A stretch of DNA of 36,928 nucleotides from Octopus bimaculoides. Taxonomy: Eukaryota. Under the pieces are notes generated by a model that worked only from the letters and a program-made list of their open reading frames with translations, did not search any database and was not told the DNA's origin. Shown here piece after piece: positions 1 through 11,179 of the stretch (its first letter is position 1; every line of letters starts with the position of its first letter). The stretch spans positions 55,861,587-55,898,514 of the forward strand of contig NC_068987.1 in the NCBI RefSeq assembly GCF_001194135.2, in the 5' to 3' direction. A program made the translations under genes and the position numbers.

Positions 1-60
<60 letters not shown>
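1..60. repeat. (TG)n microsatellite
   Basis: Pure TG run at the window start. Confidence 0.98.
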
Positions 61-66
<6 letters not shown>

Positions 67-489
67 GGTGTGATTGAGTGAAAAATGGACAAAAAATATA
101 TTCATTACAATATGTCAATGTGCATATGTGGAGGGGTGTATCTTATGGCAATGAGAAACACTCTGTGAGAAAGTCAGTGGAAGAGAAGTTTTAACATACA
201 GTGAAAGAGTCAGTTCTGTGATATCTATTGAACAGTCTCTTAGTCCTTCGTTTCCATATTTCAAGACATACGTACATTCATACAGGCATATACATAGTAC
301 ATGCATACATGCACTACATACGTGTATGTTAATATGCATACAAGAACGCATGCGTACATACACGCATACATACATACATGCATGCATACATACATACGTA
401 CATTCATGCAAACATATTGTTTCGAGTACTCACTGCACGACACCTTGAGCAATGGTCATCTACAATATAACGTACCAATCATTACCCAT

Positions 490-529
490 ACGGTTGAACT
501 TCGCGGACGAAGAGTCCTCGGGGAGCCAC

Positions 530-578
<49 letters not shown>

Positions 579-588
579 NNNNNNNNNN

Positions 589-635
<47 letters not shown>

Positions 636-750
636 ATACAGCGCTCCAACAAAAACACATTGATGGAATAAGTACAAGACCTAGAATAAGTACTGGCATC
701 GATTTGATTCAATCAAATCCTTGAAGACTTTACTCCAGTATGGTCACAGT
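490..750 (+). mobile_element. Degenerate 3' part of a tRNA-derived SINE (family 1-like) with internal (TG)n
   Basis: 661-745 (gatggaataagtacaagacc...ctccagtatggtcacagt) resembles the 3' half of the SINE at 32463-32871. It is preceded by (TG)n, as in that copy. Confidence 0.5.
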
Positions 751-1215
751 TCTTTGATTAAAAGAAATAATAGAAGGTTAATGAAGAGGGAAGGTATATA
801 AACATATACATATGTATGTCTGTATGTATGGGATTTAAGGAAGGTGAAGGTTGGGAACAAAAACATGACAGTGGAGACACATAAGGAAACCGAACGTGAA
901 CAAACGTGTATGGTCGTTAGACCAGAATGAGAGGAAAATAGTAAGTATATATANNNNNNNNNNNNNNNNNNNNNNNNNNNNNNNNNNNNNNNNNNNNNNN
1001 NNNNNNNNNNNNNNNNNNNNNNNNNNNNNNNNNNNNNNNNNNNNNNNNNNNNNNNNNNNNNNNNNNNNNNNNNNNNNNNNNNNNNNNNNNNNNNNNNNNN
1101 NNNNNNNNNNNNNNNNNNNNNNNNNNNNNNNNNNNNNNNNNNNNNNNNNNNNNNNNNNNNNNNNNNNNNNNNNNNNNNNNNNNNNNNNNNNNNNNNNNNN
1201 NNNNNNNNNNNNNNN

Positions 1216-1259
<44 letters not shown>

Positions 1260-1305
1260 GTTCATATACACAAATATTTATGCACCCAAACGCATGTGTA
1301 TATGC

Positions 1306-1345
<40 letters not shown>

Positions 1346-1779
1346 GCGCTTGTGTACACGTGCGAACGCGTTATCTTAAAGATCGCGTATGTATGTATGT
1401 TTCCATGTATAAGCGAATATACATACATACAGTCAAACATACATATGAGCATGCACAAACACGCGGGGCGGGGGCATATATATACACTCATGACGCTAGG
1501 CATTTATGTTGCTTTTCATTTTACTTCTCAAACGTAAGCTACAATCTATATCCGCAACGGTTTTGGTAGAAATACGATTGAAATACAGACAGCTGAATTG
1601 ATTTTATCGGCAAAATAGATACCCTTCGATTATCTTCCGATAACGGATCAACTTTTATCCATCCAACCGAATTGTTGAAGGTATTTGTTTATATTACTTC
1701 CTCTTCCTACTAATGTTCATCGATTTATATAAAACGCTGGCTAGAATTTACGTCTTACATCATAACATCCGTTCCATCC

Positions 1780-1780
1780 G

Positions 1781-1855
<75 letters not shown>

Positions 1856-1925
1856 GTCTGTCTGTCTGTCTGTCTCTCTGCCTGTCTGTATGTATGTATG
1901 TCTATCTATCTATCTATCTATCATT
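1780..1925. repeat. (TCTA)n/(TCTG)n/(TATG)n compound microsatellite
   Basis: Direct reading. Confidence 0.95.
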
Positions 1926-2778
1926 CTATCTGTATGTATGTATGTCTTTCTCAATATATGTATACATATATATATATATGTATATATATGTGTGTATATA
2001 TATATATATANNNNNNNNNNGACAGACAAATATATATGTATTTATATATGTATGTAAGTATGTATGTATATGTGTATGTATTTATATATGTATGTATTAG
2101 TAACAAAAGTCTCACAAGTGAGAAATTTTTCTCATCTTTCATTTTAAGGTTATATTTTTCCTTTGAACACTAGTATTCATTGCATTATTGTGTAAAAGCA
2201 CCAAAAAAATTTGATAGAAGATAATCTGTGATTATTGTATTTATACCTTATTTCTCGAAACTGTTCTTATGGCAAAAGTACACTTCCTAAGTTAGCCATC
2301 ATATGACGGGAAATACCTTAGCCATCTTTATTTCCTCCAAACAATTGTTTATTTTGTCTTGTGTTCTGCTGTTAACAAATACGAAAGCGCAGTAAACAAT
2401 CGGCGTGAACATATGCTGGCTGTTTAAGCGTACAAAACAGTTTGCATAAAGCAGTCGGATGACGTTGGTGAACTACGATGCACATTTATCATAAACATCT
2501 GGTACTGGATATTGTATTAGCTTACTCTGTTCTCAGTTTGTTTGCTGAATAAATTGCTTTCTGTTGTGGACTTATTTAATTTTCACACACACAAGTAGTG
2601 ACAAATATTTGCTACAAAAACAATGAGCTAACAACACTAAGATTGCGTCAAATAAATTCTTAAAGCCCGAAAAAGCAGGGATTTGGCTAATAATGTTTAG
2701 TTCAAAGCTGCTAATTGATGACACTTAAATCTAAATTGGTTAAGTTAAAATTTCTTACATTATGTCACATCAAAGCAA

Positions 2779-2780
<2 letters not shown>

Positions 2781-2845
<65 letters not shown>
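2781..2845. repeat. (TTA)n microsatellite, tail or target of the adjacent repeat
   Basis: Direct reading; abuts the repeat starting at 2846. Confidence 0.95.
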
Positions 2846-3115
2846 GAGTGAGAGAGCAGTGCATGCCATCAAAGTGACACTGGGGTAAAATATACGAAGC
2901 CCATTATACCCATCATGACTACCCGTCTGATAAGGGTACACCAGGCACATCCATCAGAACTCTATGTGCACGACATGGTGATCTCATATCAAGATAAACA
3001 GCGCATGACCTCGCAGGTGGGGCCCAGTTAGAATTTTCTTCAGGTCGAGTAGCCCATCCCGCTCAAAAGGTCCCTGAATAAGGTTTGTTTAAGGATGTTG
3101 AGCAAAACACCCTAT
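2846..3115 (-). mobile_element. (TAA)n-associated interspersed repeat, segment B (inverted relative to 6178-6429)
   Basis: Reverse complement aligns with 6178-6429 at roughly 90% identity by eye. Bounded by (TTA)n on both sides. Strand is given relative to the 5941-6429 copy. Confidence 0.85.
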
Positions 3116-3203
3116 TAGTATTATTATTATTATTATTATCAGAGTCCATTCGAATAGACAGCCGTGTTAAAATGGCTGCGAATATTACTTGTCAGTAGAA
3201 CTA

Positions 3204-3270
<67 letters not shown>

Positions 3271-3272
<2 letters not shown>

Positions 3273-3503
3273 GCAGTACCTGGTAGTGTCTTTCATGGCT
3301 TCTCATCTTAATTGATTGGAAGTGTTATCATGTACATTGTTTTATCTTGGTATAAAAGATGGGGCACAGCAAATATTCTGCTCAATGCCACAGGTTTGCT
3401 TGTCAGTTGTTTGACCTTAACCAGTTGAGCATGTCCCTTAGTGGCTGACGATATGTGCATCTCTTATCACGAGCAGAAATAGTTGGGAAGTATTATAGCT
3501 ATG
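3271..3503 (+). mobile_element. (TAA)n-associated interspersed repeat, segment A (direct match to 5941-6130)
   Basis: attggaagtgttatca...tagctatg is shared with 5941-6130; preceded by (TTA)n. Confidence 0.85.
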
Positions 3504-3579
3504 CAATGGCAAAATGGAAAACCAGTATAACATTTTAAAAAATGACTCACAAGTTATTAAAACCTACCTTATACACACT

Positions 3580-3708
3580 ATCATTTTATCCTCGAAAGAT
3601 TGAAAGCAAAGTCGATTCGACGGAATTTGAACTCAGAACGTAGCGACGGGCGAAATGTTGCTAAGTATTTTTCCCAGCGTGCTAACGATTCTGCCAACTA
3701 GACGCCTT
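3580..3708 (-). mobile_element. tRNA-derived SINE fragment, family 2
   Basis: Reverse complement carries a B-box-like gagttcaaattcc followed by gactttgc..tttcgagg; homologous to 15128-15340 and 18463-18668. Confidence 0.75.
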
Positions 3709-3740
3709 TTCTTTTTTTTTCTTTTTTTCAAGGGAACGGT

Positions 3741-3910
3741 AAAGGCTGATACAGCTTGGCACCAGTGACATTTCAACTCATTTCTACAGCTGAGTGAACA
3801 GAGGCAAAGTGAAATAAAGCACCTGGCTCAAGAACACAACACAGCCTAATCCAGGAATCGAAATTACTACCTCATGATTGAGAACCCGACGGGGTAACCA
3901 CTGAGTCATA
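3741..3910 (-). mobile_element. tRNA-derived SINE fragment, family 3
   Basis: gctgagtgaac...gtgaaataaag...gctcaagaacacaac is shared with 19535-19837 and 20322-20598; tRNA-like head on the minus strand. Confidence 0.65.
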
Positions 3911-3921
3911 CAAACACACTA

Positions 3922-3949
3922 TAACAACAACAACAGCAACAACAAAACC

Positions 3950-3999
<50 letters not shown>

Positions 4000-4017
4000 A
4001 AACAACAACAACAACAA

Positions 4018-4072
<55 letters not shown>

Positions 4073-4096
4073 AATAATAATAATGATAATAATAAT
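3922..4096. repeat. (CAA)n/(CAC)n/(AAT)n compound trinucleotide tract
   Basis: Direct reading. Confidence 0.95.
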
Positions 4097-4159
4097 TCTT
4101 TCTGGAATAATCCCAAGTCCTGCAATGTTGTGTGAAGGGGCTAGTCAACTATGCCAACT

Positions 4160-4296
4160 GATACTTATTTTATCGTTCCCGAAAGGTTGAAAGGCAAAGT
4201 TGAAGTCTTTGACGTTTGCACACAATACTTAAAGAGGGACTATACACCGCTATGCACATTATCCATCGTACTAAGGATTCTGCCAGCTCGCCACCT
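4160..4296 (-). mobile_element. Degenerate or interrupted family-2 SINE fragment
   Basis: tacttattttatcgttcccgaaaggttgaaaggcaaagt and gattctgccagctcgccacc match the ends of 18463-18668. Confidence 0.55.
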
Positions 4297-4365
4297 TAAC
4301 AACAGCGACAACAACAACAATAATAAGAGCAGAATGGGTGCTGCAAGGGCTCATACGGCTGTACA

Positions 4366-4587
4366 TATTCAGACAAATACATAACAAAAACACCAGGGCT
4401 AACAAGTATATATAATACACTGAAAATAGTACTACTAGGCACCGCACACATCTTATATAAAACACTTTCAATACAGTAAAAATAAGAGCATCATAACAAA
4501 CCACAGCACATACCCAAGGCACACAGAGCTGCGCTCGGTAATGCAGTGAAAGTACGTGATAAAAATAAGACTAAAGAATAATAATAA
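4366..4587 (+). mobile_element. 5'-truncated 3' end of an R4/Dong-type (RLE) non-LTR retrotransposon with (AAT)n tail
   Basis: Frame 4366-4479 reads YSDKYITKTPGLTSIYNTLKIVLLGTAHILYKTLSIQ*, matching the (Q)K..LLGTA.ILRK.L C-terminus of R4/Dong-type ORFs. It is followed by about 100 nt of UTR and aataataataa. Recognised by eye. Confidence 0.7.
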
Positions 4588-5435
4588 CACAGGTCAACAC
4601 ATATTTTCTGGTACAAGGTTTATCAGTGTTTTTGTGTTTTTAGCTAATTTTGCGGTGATGAATCCAAATCTGGTATCAGATTTTGTCTATCACATCAGAT
4701 TTTTGAGATATAAAATCTTTAATTTTGCTAGAAACACCTATTTAATGCGCATAAAGGAAGAATTAAACATACATAGATACAATCTTAAAAGACAATATGT
4801 CTTTTTTATCTATTAAATTAAAATACACAATTATGTGACTAAATGTACATTTAGCATGTAAGACTTAAGCTTGGTGGTAACAAAATATGTATGTAAAATC
4901 TCTAATCAGTGTGGTCATTCATTCTGATCGTCTTATTACTGCAAGAACTTCCACGTTTTTAACGATCACTTGTGCACAGCTTCTGGAATATTTCTCATCA
5001 AAGCTCTAGCAGTAATCTGCCATCATGTTTAAGTCGCATCAGTCTTGGTAGCATTCTTCGATTACTTTCACATCTTAATGAAAATGTCCACTTTCTTCTT
5101 CGCAAACATCACCAAGTAACTATGCGAGTTGTGCAATCTAATGCTCATTCTACACCCAAGCGCTCGCCAACTCAAGTGCAGCTCCTTCACAATCCCTTGA
5201 TAGTTGTCAGCTTTCCTGAGACTTGGAAAGGTTATACATATATATCTGTGACCAAGAGCTTTGATGAATAGCTTCAAGCTTCAACACAATTTTTGCAAGT
5301 CCAGGTTTCCAAGTGTTTACATTTGACAGATATTTGTCCTCATCTTGTTTGATGTTAACAGAACATTTCGGCTGATATACCCTCCAGCTTTTGTCAGGTG
5401 TCTTGGGGAAATTTCCAACCTGGGTTCTCATTCCT
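4588..5435 (-). mobile_element. Chapaev3-like (CMC superfamily) DNA transposon remnant: decayed transposase C-terminus plus one end
   Basis: Minus frames give KIVLKL/KLFIKAL, KADNYQGIVKELHLSWRALGCRMSIRLHNSHS and EESGHFH*DVKVIEECYQD*CDLNMMADYC*S, matching the LHIKLGLMKQFVKAL...LGC.MS.K.H..HSH...GE.FHQD...Y...M.ADYCW motif series. The end at 4588 begins CAC. The family name is from recall. Confidence 0.65.
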
Positions 5436-5806
5436 AAGGTGGTGGTATTATTATTATTAAAAAGTAACTGAAAATTATTTAAGAATGATCCGTGGCTTAC
5501 CATCCATGCAGGAAGCGCAGAAGATTATCTTACCTCATACGTCACACATATTGAGAAGAGCATTGTCGCTGTGAATTTTCTTTCCTTTTCCCTCCTTCAT
5601 TTTATTTTGTTTACTTTTCCATATTTTCTTTTTTCTTTTTTCTCTCTCTCTTCCCTTTGTTTCTCTATCACATGACTCTGTAAATGAACAATCTGGTGTG
5701 TTTGTTTTAATGGCCTACCAATCTATACAGTACGTCTCTCTGTCCTCGGTGTCAGGAAGACACTCGGCAAGAAATGGAAACAGGATTGAAAGAAGATGCT
5801 GATGAA

Positions 5807-6429
<623 letters not shown>

Positions 6430-6430
6430 G

Positions 6431-6503
<73 letters not shown>
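6431..6503. repeat. (AAT)n microsatellite
   Basis: Direct reading. Confidence 0.97.
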
Positions 6504-6505
<2 letters not shown>

Positions 6506-6926
6506 TTTAAAGGACTGANNNNNNNNNNNNNNNNNNNNNNNNNNNNNNNNNNNNNNNNNNNNNNNNNNNNNNNNNNNNNNNNNNNNNNNNNNNNNNNNNN
6601 NNNNNNNNNNNNNNNNNNNNNNNNNNNNNNNNNNNNNNNNNNNNNNNNNNNNNNNNNNNNNNNNNNNNNNNNNNNNNNNNNNNNNNNNNNNNNNNNNNNN
6701 NNNNNNNNNNNNNNNNNNNNNNNNNNNNNNNNNNNNNNNNNNNNNNNNNNNNNNNNNNNNNNNNNNNNNNNNNNNNNNNNNNNNNNNNNNNNNNNNNNNN
6801 NNNNNNNNNNNNNNNNNNNNNNNNNNNNNNNNNNNNNNNNNNNNNNNNNNNNNNNNNNNNNNNNNNNNNNNNNNNNNNNNNNNNNNNNNNNNNNNNNNNN
6901 NNNNNNNNNNNNNNNNNNNNNNNNNN

Positions 6927-6966
6927 GTGAAAGTACGTTATAAAAATAAAACTACTGCATAATAAC

Positions 6967-7040
<74 letters not shown>
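6927..7040 (+). mobile_element. Extreme 3' end of a second R4/Dong-type copy plus (AAT)n tail, emerging from the gap
   Basis: gtgaaagtacgttataaaaataaaact matches 4548-4572 (gtgaaagtacgtgataaaaataagact) and is followed by (AAT)n. Confidence 0.65.
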
Positions 7041-7041
<1 letters not shown>

Positions 7042-7149
7042 TTCTTTATTAACGACATAGGTTTGTATTAAGAAAAACATTGTGGACAGCACAGAACAAA
7101 ACAAAAGAAAGTGTGTGTATGTGTGAGAGTTTGTGTTGCTGTGAGGGTT

Positions 7150-8715
7150 CTCTGTCTCTGTTTTCTTTCTACTGCTAGTCCTTTGCTAGACCTTATCGAT
7201 TCTATTCTAATCGCCCTTTTAAGGGCGAACCACCATTTATTCTTGATTGTCCTTCGTCAACACCCTCTTAACTAGTTCACTAATCCGGTCACTGAAATCT
7301 TTACGCGACGGCAACGACGTGTTCAGCTTCCAGTAACTGGGTCCCTGTCTATGAAGCCTATCTAAGTCGACTGTACAGGTCACCGATTTGTGGTCTGTGT
7401 AGTCGACTACTTTAAACTGTGGACAGCCTATGCTATCCTTATCTGCTACTCCACAGAAAACCCTATCTTGATACGATCTGGATGACCCGATGCAGTTTGA
7501 TCAGGTCTACACTGGCATATCCGGAAAATCCAGTCGATGCTTGTCAGACAGTTAGAATCGTCTGAGCAGGTTTGCGAGGCTTTTGCACCTTTCTCTCCCT
7601 TTTGCTAAACCTACACAGTCCTTACATCTAAAATTCCATTCCAGTCTCCCACTAACACTAAAGAGCGGGATTTCCCAGGAAAGTTTCCCGACGTCTGAAG
7701 AAATCTGGTCGTCCTGCCCCTGTCGGGGCATAGACGCAACTAGCTTGAAAGTATTTCCATCACTGTCTGTCACGTCCAGGACCATCGACTTACCTTCCGG
7801 ACCCATGAAGATCGTCTGTATTGCAAGATCCAGATTTTTCCGAACCATCATGGCGACTCCACCTCCCGCTCCTGGACGATTTGGAAATGCGTACACTTCA
7901 TAGTCACCGAAAATAAGTCTGAAATCCCGTGAGTCTGAAATTCTGGATTCACTAATGGCCACCACGTCGACATTTAGTTCTCTGAGGTCGCTGAGCAGGT
8001 GATTCCGCTTCCAAGGCGACCCTATTCTGTACACGACCATGTTGTCGTAAAAAGAAAAGAATAAAAAAGAAAAGGAAAACTTACTTGGTTCTGTTTGGAG
8101 GGGCAGATTGCCCGTCCCTCCTATTGGCTTTGGGTGCTTCCAACAGTAAATCACCATGAATTCTCTTGGGGATATTTCCTATACATTTTCCGATTTCCTG
8201 TGGGAATTGGGTTTTTAAGTGTGTATGTGTTTTGTGTTGCTTGAATGATTTTTTTTGTGTGCAGTTAGGGAGATTGTGGGTGTGACAAAGTCTTTTGGTG
8301 TAATTTTGTGTGTTATTGTGCACTTCATTAATTCAATGTTTTTTGTGCTTATTGCCATGTAGTTTGTAATGTTAGTGTCTTTAGTTTGTGTTTGTTGTAG
8401 TTGCTGTTGTTGTTGTTGTTGTTGTTGTTGTGGTGGTGGTGGTGGTGGTGGTTGTGATTGTTGTTATTGTGGTTGCGTGTAGGGGATGGCTTGTGTTTCA
8501 GTTGTTAGAGATGGTGGTGTCGATGCAGTGTTTGCTTTGAGTGTATTTGTTTTTGTTGTTTCGATTATTTTTCTTTCTACTTCTTGCGTGGAAGAGAATT
8601 GTTGTTGTTTGTCCATATGGTTGCTTTTTTTCTGTCTCTTTTCCTTAGTTTTCAACTTCCACTCGACATCGCGCTCCGACTCTCCACCTGTGATGTCCAC
8701 CCGCTCCACATCGGG
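7150..8715 (-). mobile_element. Tx1/L1-type LINE remnant 1: ORF1 C-terminal part plus ORF2 APE endonuclease, 3'-truncated
   Basis: Minus frames: LRELNVDVVAISESRI...GGGVAMMVRK (APE N-terminus) and GPSYWKLNT (Tx1/L1 post-EN motif), with stops and frameshifts. Homologous to 9815-10680. Confidence 0.8.
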
Positions 8716-8719
8716 AAGT

Positions 8720-11110
8720 GCAATATCTTGTTAAATTGTTTTAACTTTCGCAGCAGTGGCTCGAGGGCAAGTACGTATTGAAGAGGCCACAGTAGGCAGC
8801 TCTGATGGACCGAGCCTGTGATGCAACATAGGTGGCTATATACTTTGACCACCGAATGGGTGTCACTGTGCATTGCAGAGATCCAGCCTCTGAAAACGGG
8901 TCCGAAACCGGCCTCTTTCAGGACGGCTTCGAAGTAGCAATGGTCGACCCTATCAAATGCTTTGGACTGATCCAAATTAATCAGGGCCCCACTGAATTTA
9001 TCTTTAGTTCCAGCCCTCTCTATGGTGTATCGCATAAGGTGGAAGTTGTGGATAGACCTGTTCGAGGTGGCACATATTTGCGGTTCCCCCAATAAACTAC
9101 CAACGACAAGCACCAACCATTTCACTAACACCTTGGCAAAATCTTAAACTCTGTCTAGCAAAGTTGTGGGCAGAAATTTCGTAGTACGTCCCCATTGTTG
9201 GCGTCTTCCGCAACAGCATCACCACAGCCCGGCTAACAGCACTAGGAGTTCCCCCGTTCTGCTGCTAGTGACAGTAGAAATCTGCCAAGAGGCCGCCAAA
9301 TAAGTCTGGTATGAACTCATAGAATTCATATAGTAGACCATCCGAACCTGGAGATTTGCGACTTCTGCAATCGCTCATCGCCTCCTGTAATTCAGTGGCT
9401 GTTATCGGCTCTTTGCAGGATCCTGCGTTCGCTGCTGAGAAACGCAGCAGGCCGCCTAGGTGCAAACTAAAGTTTGCTACTGTCATCGGCTCATCGCTCT
9501 CCACAAACAGCTGCGCGAAATGCTGCTGGAAAGCCGTATACATCTGCTAGGAACCGAATATCACGCGCTCGTCCCGATCCATTAAAGACATAATAGTGGT
9601 TTTGTTGTCATGTCGCATCTCTACCGTTCTGGTCCATCGGACAGCTTTAGTTCCTTCGTGTTCGAGTGCACGTGCCTCAGCTCTGACAATGTAGACTTCG
9701 TGTTCGCTTCGAAGAAATGGTCAAGGTCCATATTCGCCCCTAGCACGTCGGTCGCGATGCCTTTACTAATCCCCGCTTCTAGTTTGCTAACTAGTTTTTC
9801 CTCTAATCTATTTCTTTCTATTTATAGCTCTTTGCTAAACGCTATCGATTCTAGCATAATCGCCCCCTTCAAGGCGATCCACCGCCAGTTGTTGACGATC
9901 GCCCCCATCAACTGCCACTTAACTAGCTCACTAACCTGGTCCCTGTAGTCTTTGTGTTCCGGAAAACACGTGTTCAACTTCCAGTAACCGGGTCCCGGTC
10001 TACAAGTCCTATCTAAATCTACTGGGCAGATCATAAGTTTGTGGTCTGTGTAGCCGACCAATTTGAATTGTGGAAAACCTACGCTATCTCCATCCGATGA
10101 CCTAACAAATACTCTATCTAAATACGATCTGGATCACCTTTGTCCACACTGGCACATGTCCACACTGGCACATGTCCACACTGGCACATGTCCACACTGG
10201 CACATGTCCACACTGGCACATCAAGGAAACCCAATCGATACCTGTCAAATAACTAGAAGTCTTCGAGCAGATTTCCAAGGCTTTTTTGCGCACACACACC
10301 CTTCTGCTATGTACTACCTTCCCATAGTCCTTTCCTGCGTCAAAAATATTATCCCAGTCCCCCACTAGTACTAAAGTGCGTGACATTTCCAGGAATGCTT
10401 CTAGGCGCCTGAAGAAATCTGGCTGTCAAGCCCCTCACGTAGCATAAACGGCCATTACTCTAAAGGTGCCACCTTCCCTGCCATTCACATCTAGAACCAC
10501 CAACCTACAGTTCTGGCTCCAAAAATATTGTTCGTACTTTGAAACCCAAGAATTTTGGGAATAACACTGCTGCATCGCTACCCGCTCCCGATAGACCACA
10601 AGATGAGAATATCTCGTAGTCTTCGAAAATGGATGCTAACCATTTAGATTAAAGAAAAGAAAGTGAAATTATTTACCCTCATCTTCTTGGCTGATTGTTG
10701 AAACAGCCCACCCTTTGACTGAGGGAGGAATAGAGAAGGGTTTTTCTAGGAAGCTTTTTTGGAGATACTTACGAAACCCTCAAATTTCCTGGGGGAATTT
10801 ATGCTTTAAATCCAGATACGTATTCGTATCGGTTTGACTTAACATTCTGTCCGATGGTGTTTTCGGGAAGAGTTCAGTAAAATCTTCCCCACTTGTCAGA
10901 ATGTTCTATTGTTAATCACTTCATCAATCAATTCAGTGCGGCTCTTCTGAACACCAGAAAAATTGATAAAGGAACTACGTACAGGAGTGTATGACTGTTG
11001 GTCATTTTGTTGTTCGGGTGTTAAAATAAATTTGTTCAGGAATCCCAGTTCAGAAGAGTTAAAGATAAACAGACTTTGAAAATGAATTTCGCAATCTTGA
11101 AGTTATGGAA
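8720..11110 (-). mobile_element. Tx1/L1-type LINE remnant 2: ORF1 part, APE endonuclease, linker and N-terminal RT domains
   Basis: LVLVGDWDNIFD, DHKL, GPGYWKLNT, KSPGSDGL.YEFY, LDQSKAFDRVDH and a decayed QGCPLSP-like segment followed by YVLALEPLLRKL. Ends before a YADD motif; many disruptions. The upstream boundary is approximate. Confidence 0.85.
10141..10220. repeat. 16-bp tandem repeat (tgtccacactggcaca) x5
   Basis: Five perfect units inside the LINE endonuclease region. Confidence 0.97.
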
Positions 11111-11179
11111 ATTCTAACTCTATAATTTATGAAAGTGTCAAGAAGGGAGCATCGACATGTAAATTAACAAAGTGATCTA

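Noticed and set aside
115-2173. Many overlapping ORFs rich in Y/I/C/V/H/T
   Set aside because: They are translations of (TA), (TG), (CATA) and (TCTA) repeats and N-runs; no coding signal.
5495-5806. Possible exons near 5500-5800 (minus-strand GTAAG donors; plus-strand EDTRQEMETGLKEDADE)
   Set aside because: No matching acceptor/donor pair; the plus frame runs straight into (AAT)n.
8079-8090. GTAAGT donor-like site on the minus strand after LINE ORF1
   Set aside because: It sits at the ORF1/ORF2 spacer of a decayed LINE with no paired acceptor, so it is more simply part of the element.
10141-10220. CRISPR-like array
   Set aside because: The units are contiguous with no spacers, and the context is a eukaryotic LINE.
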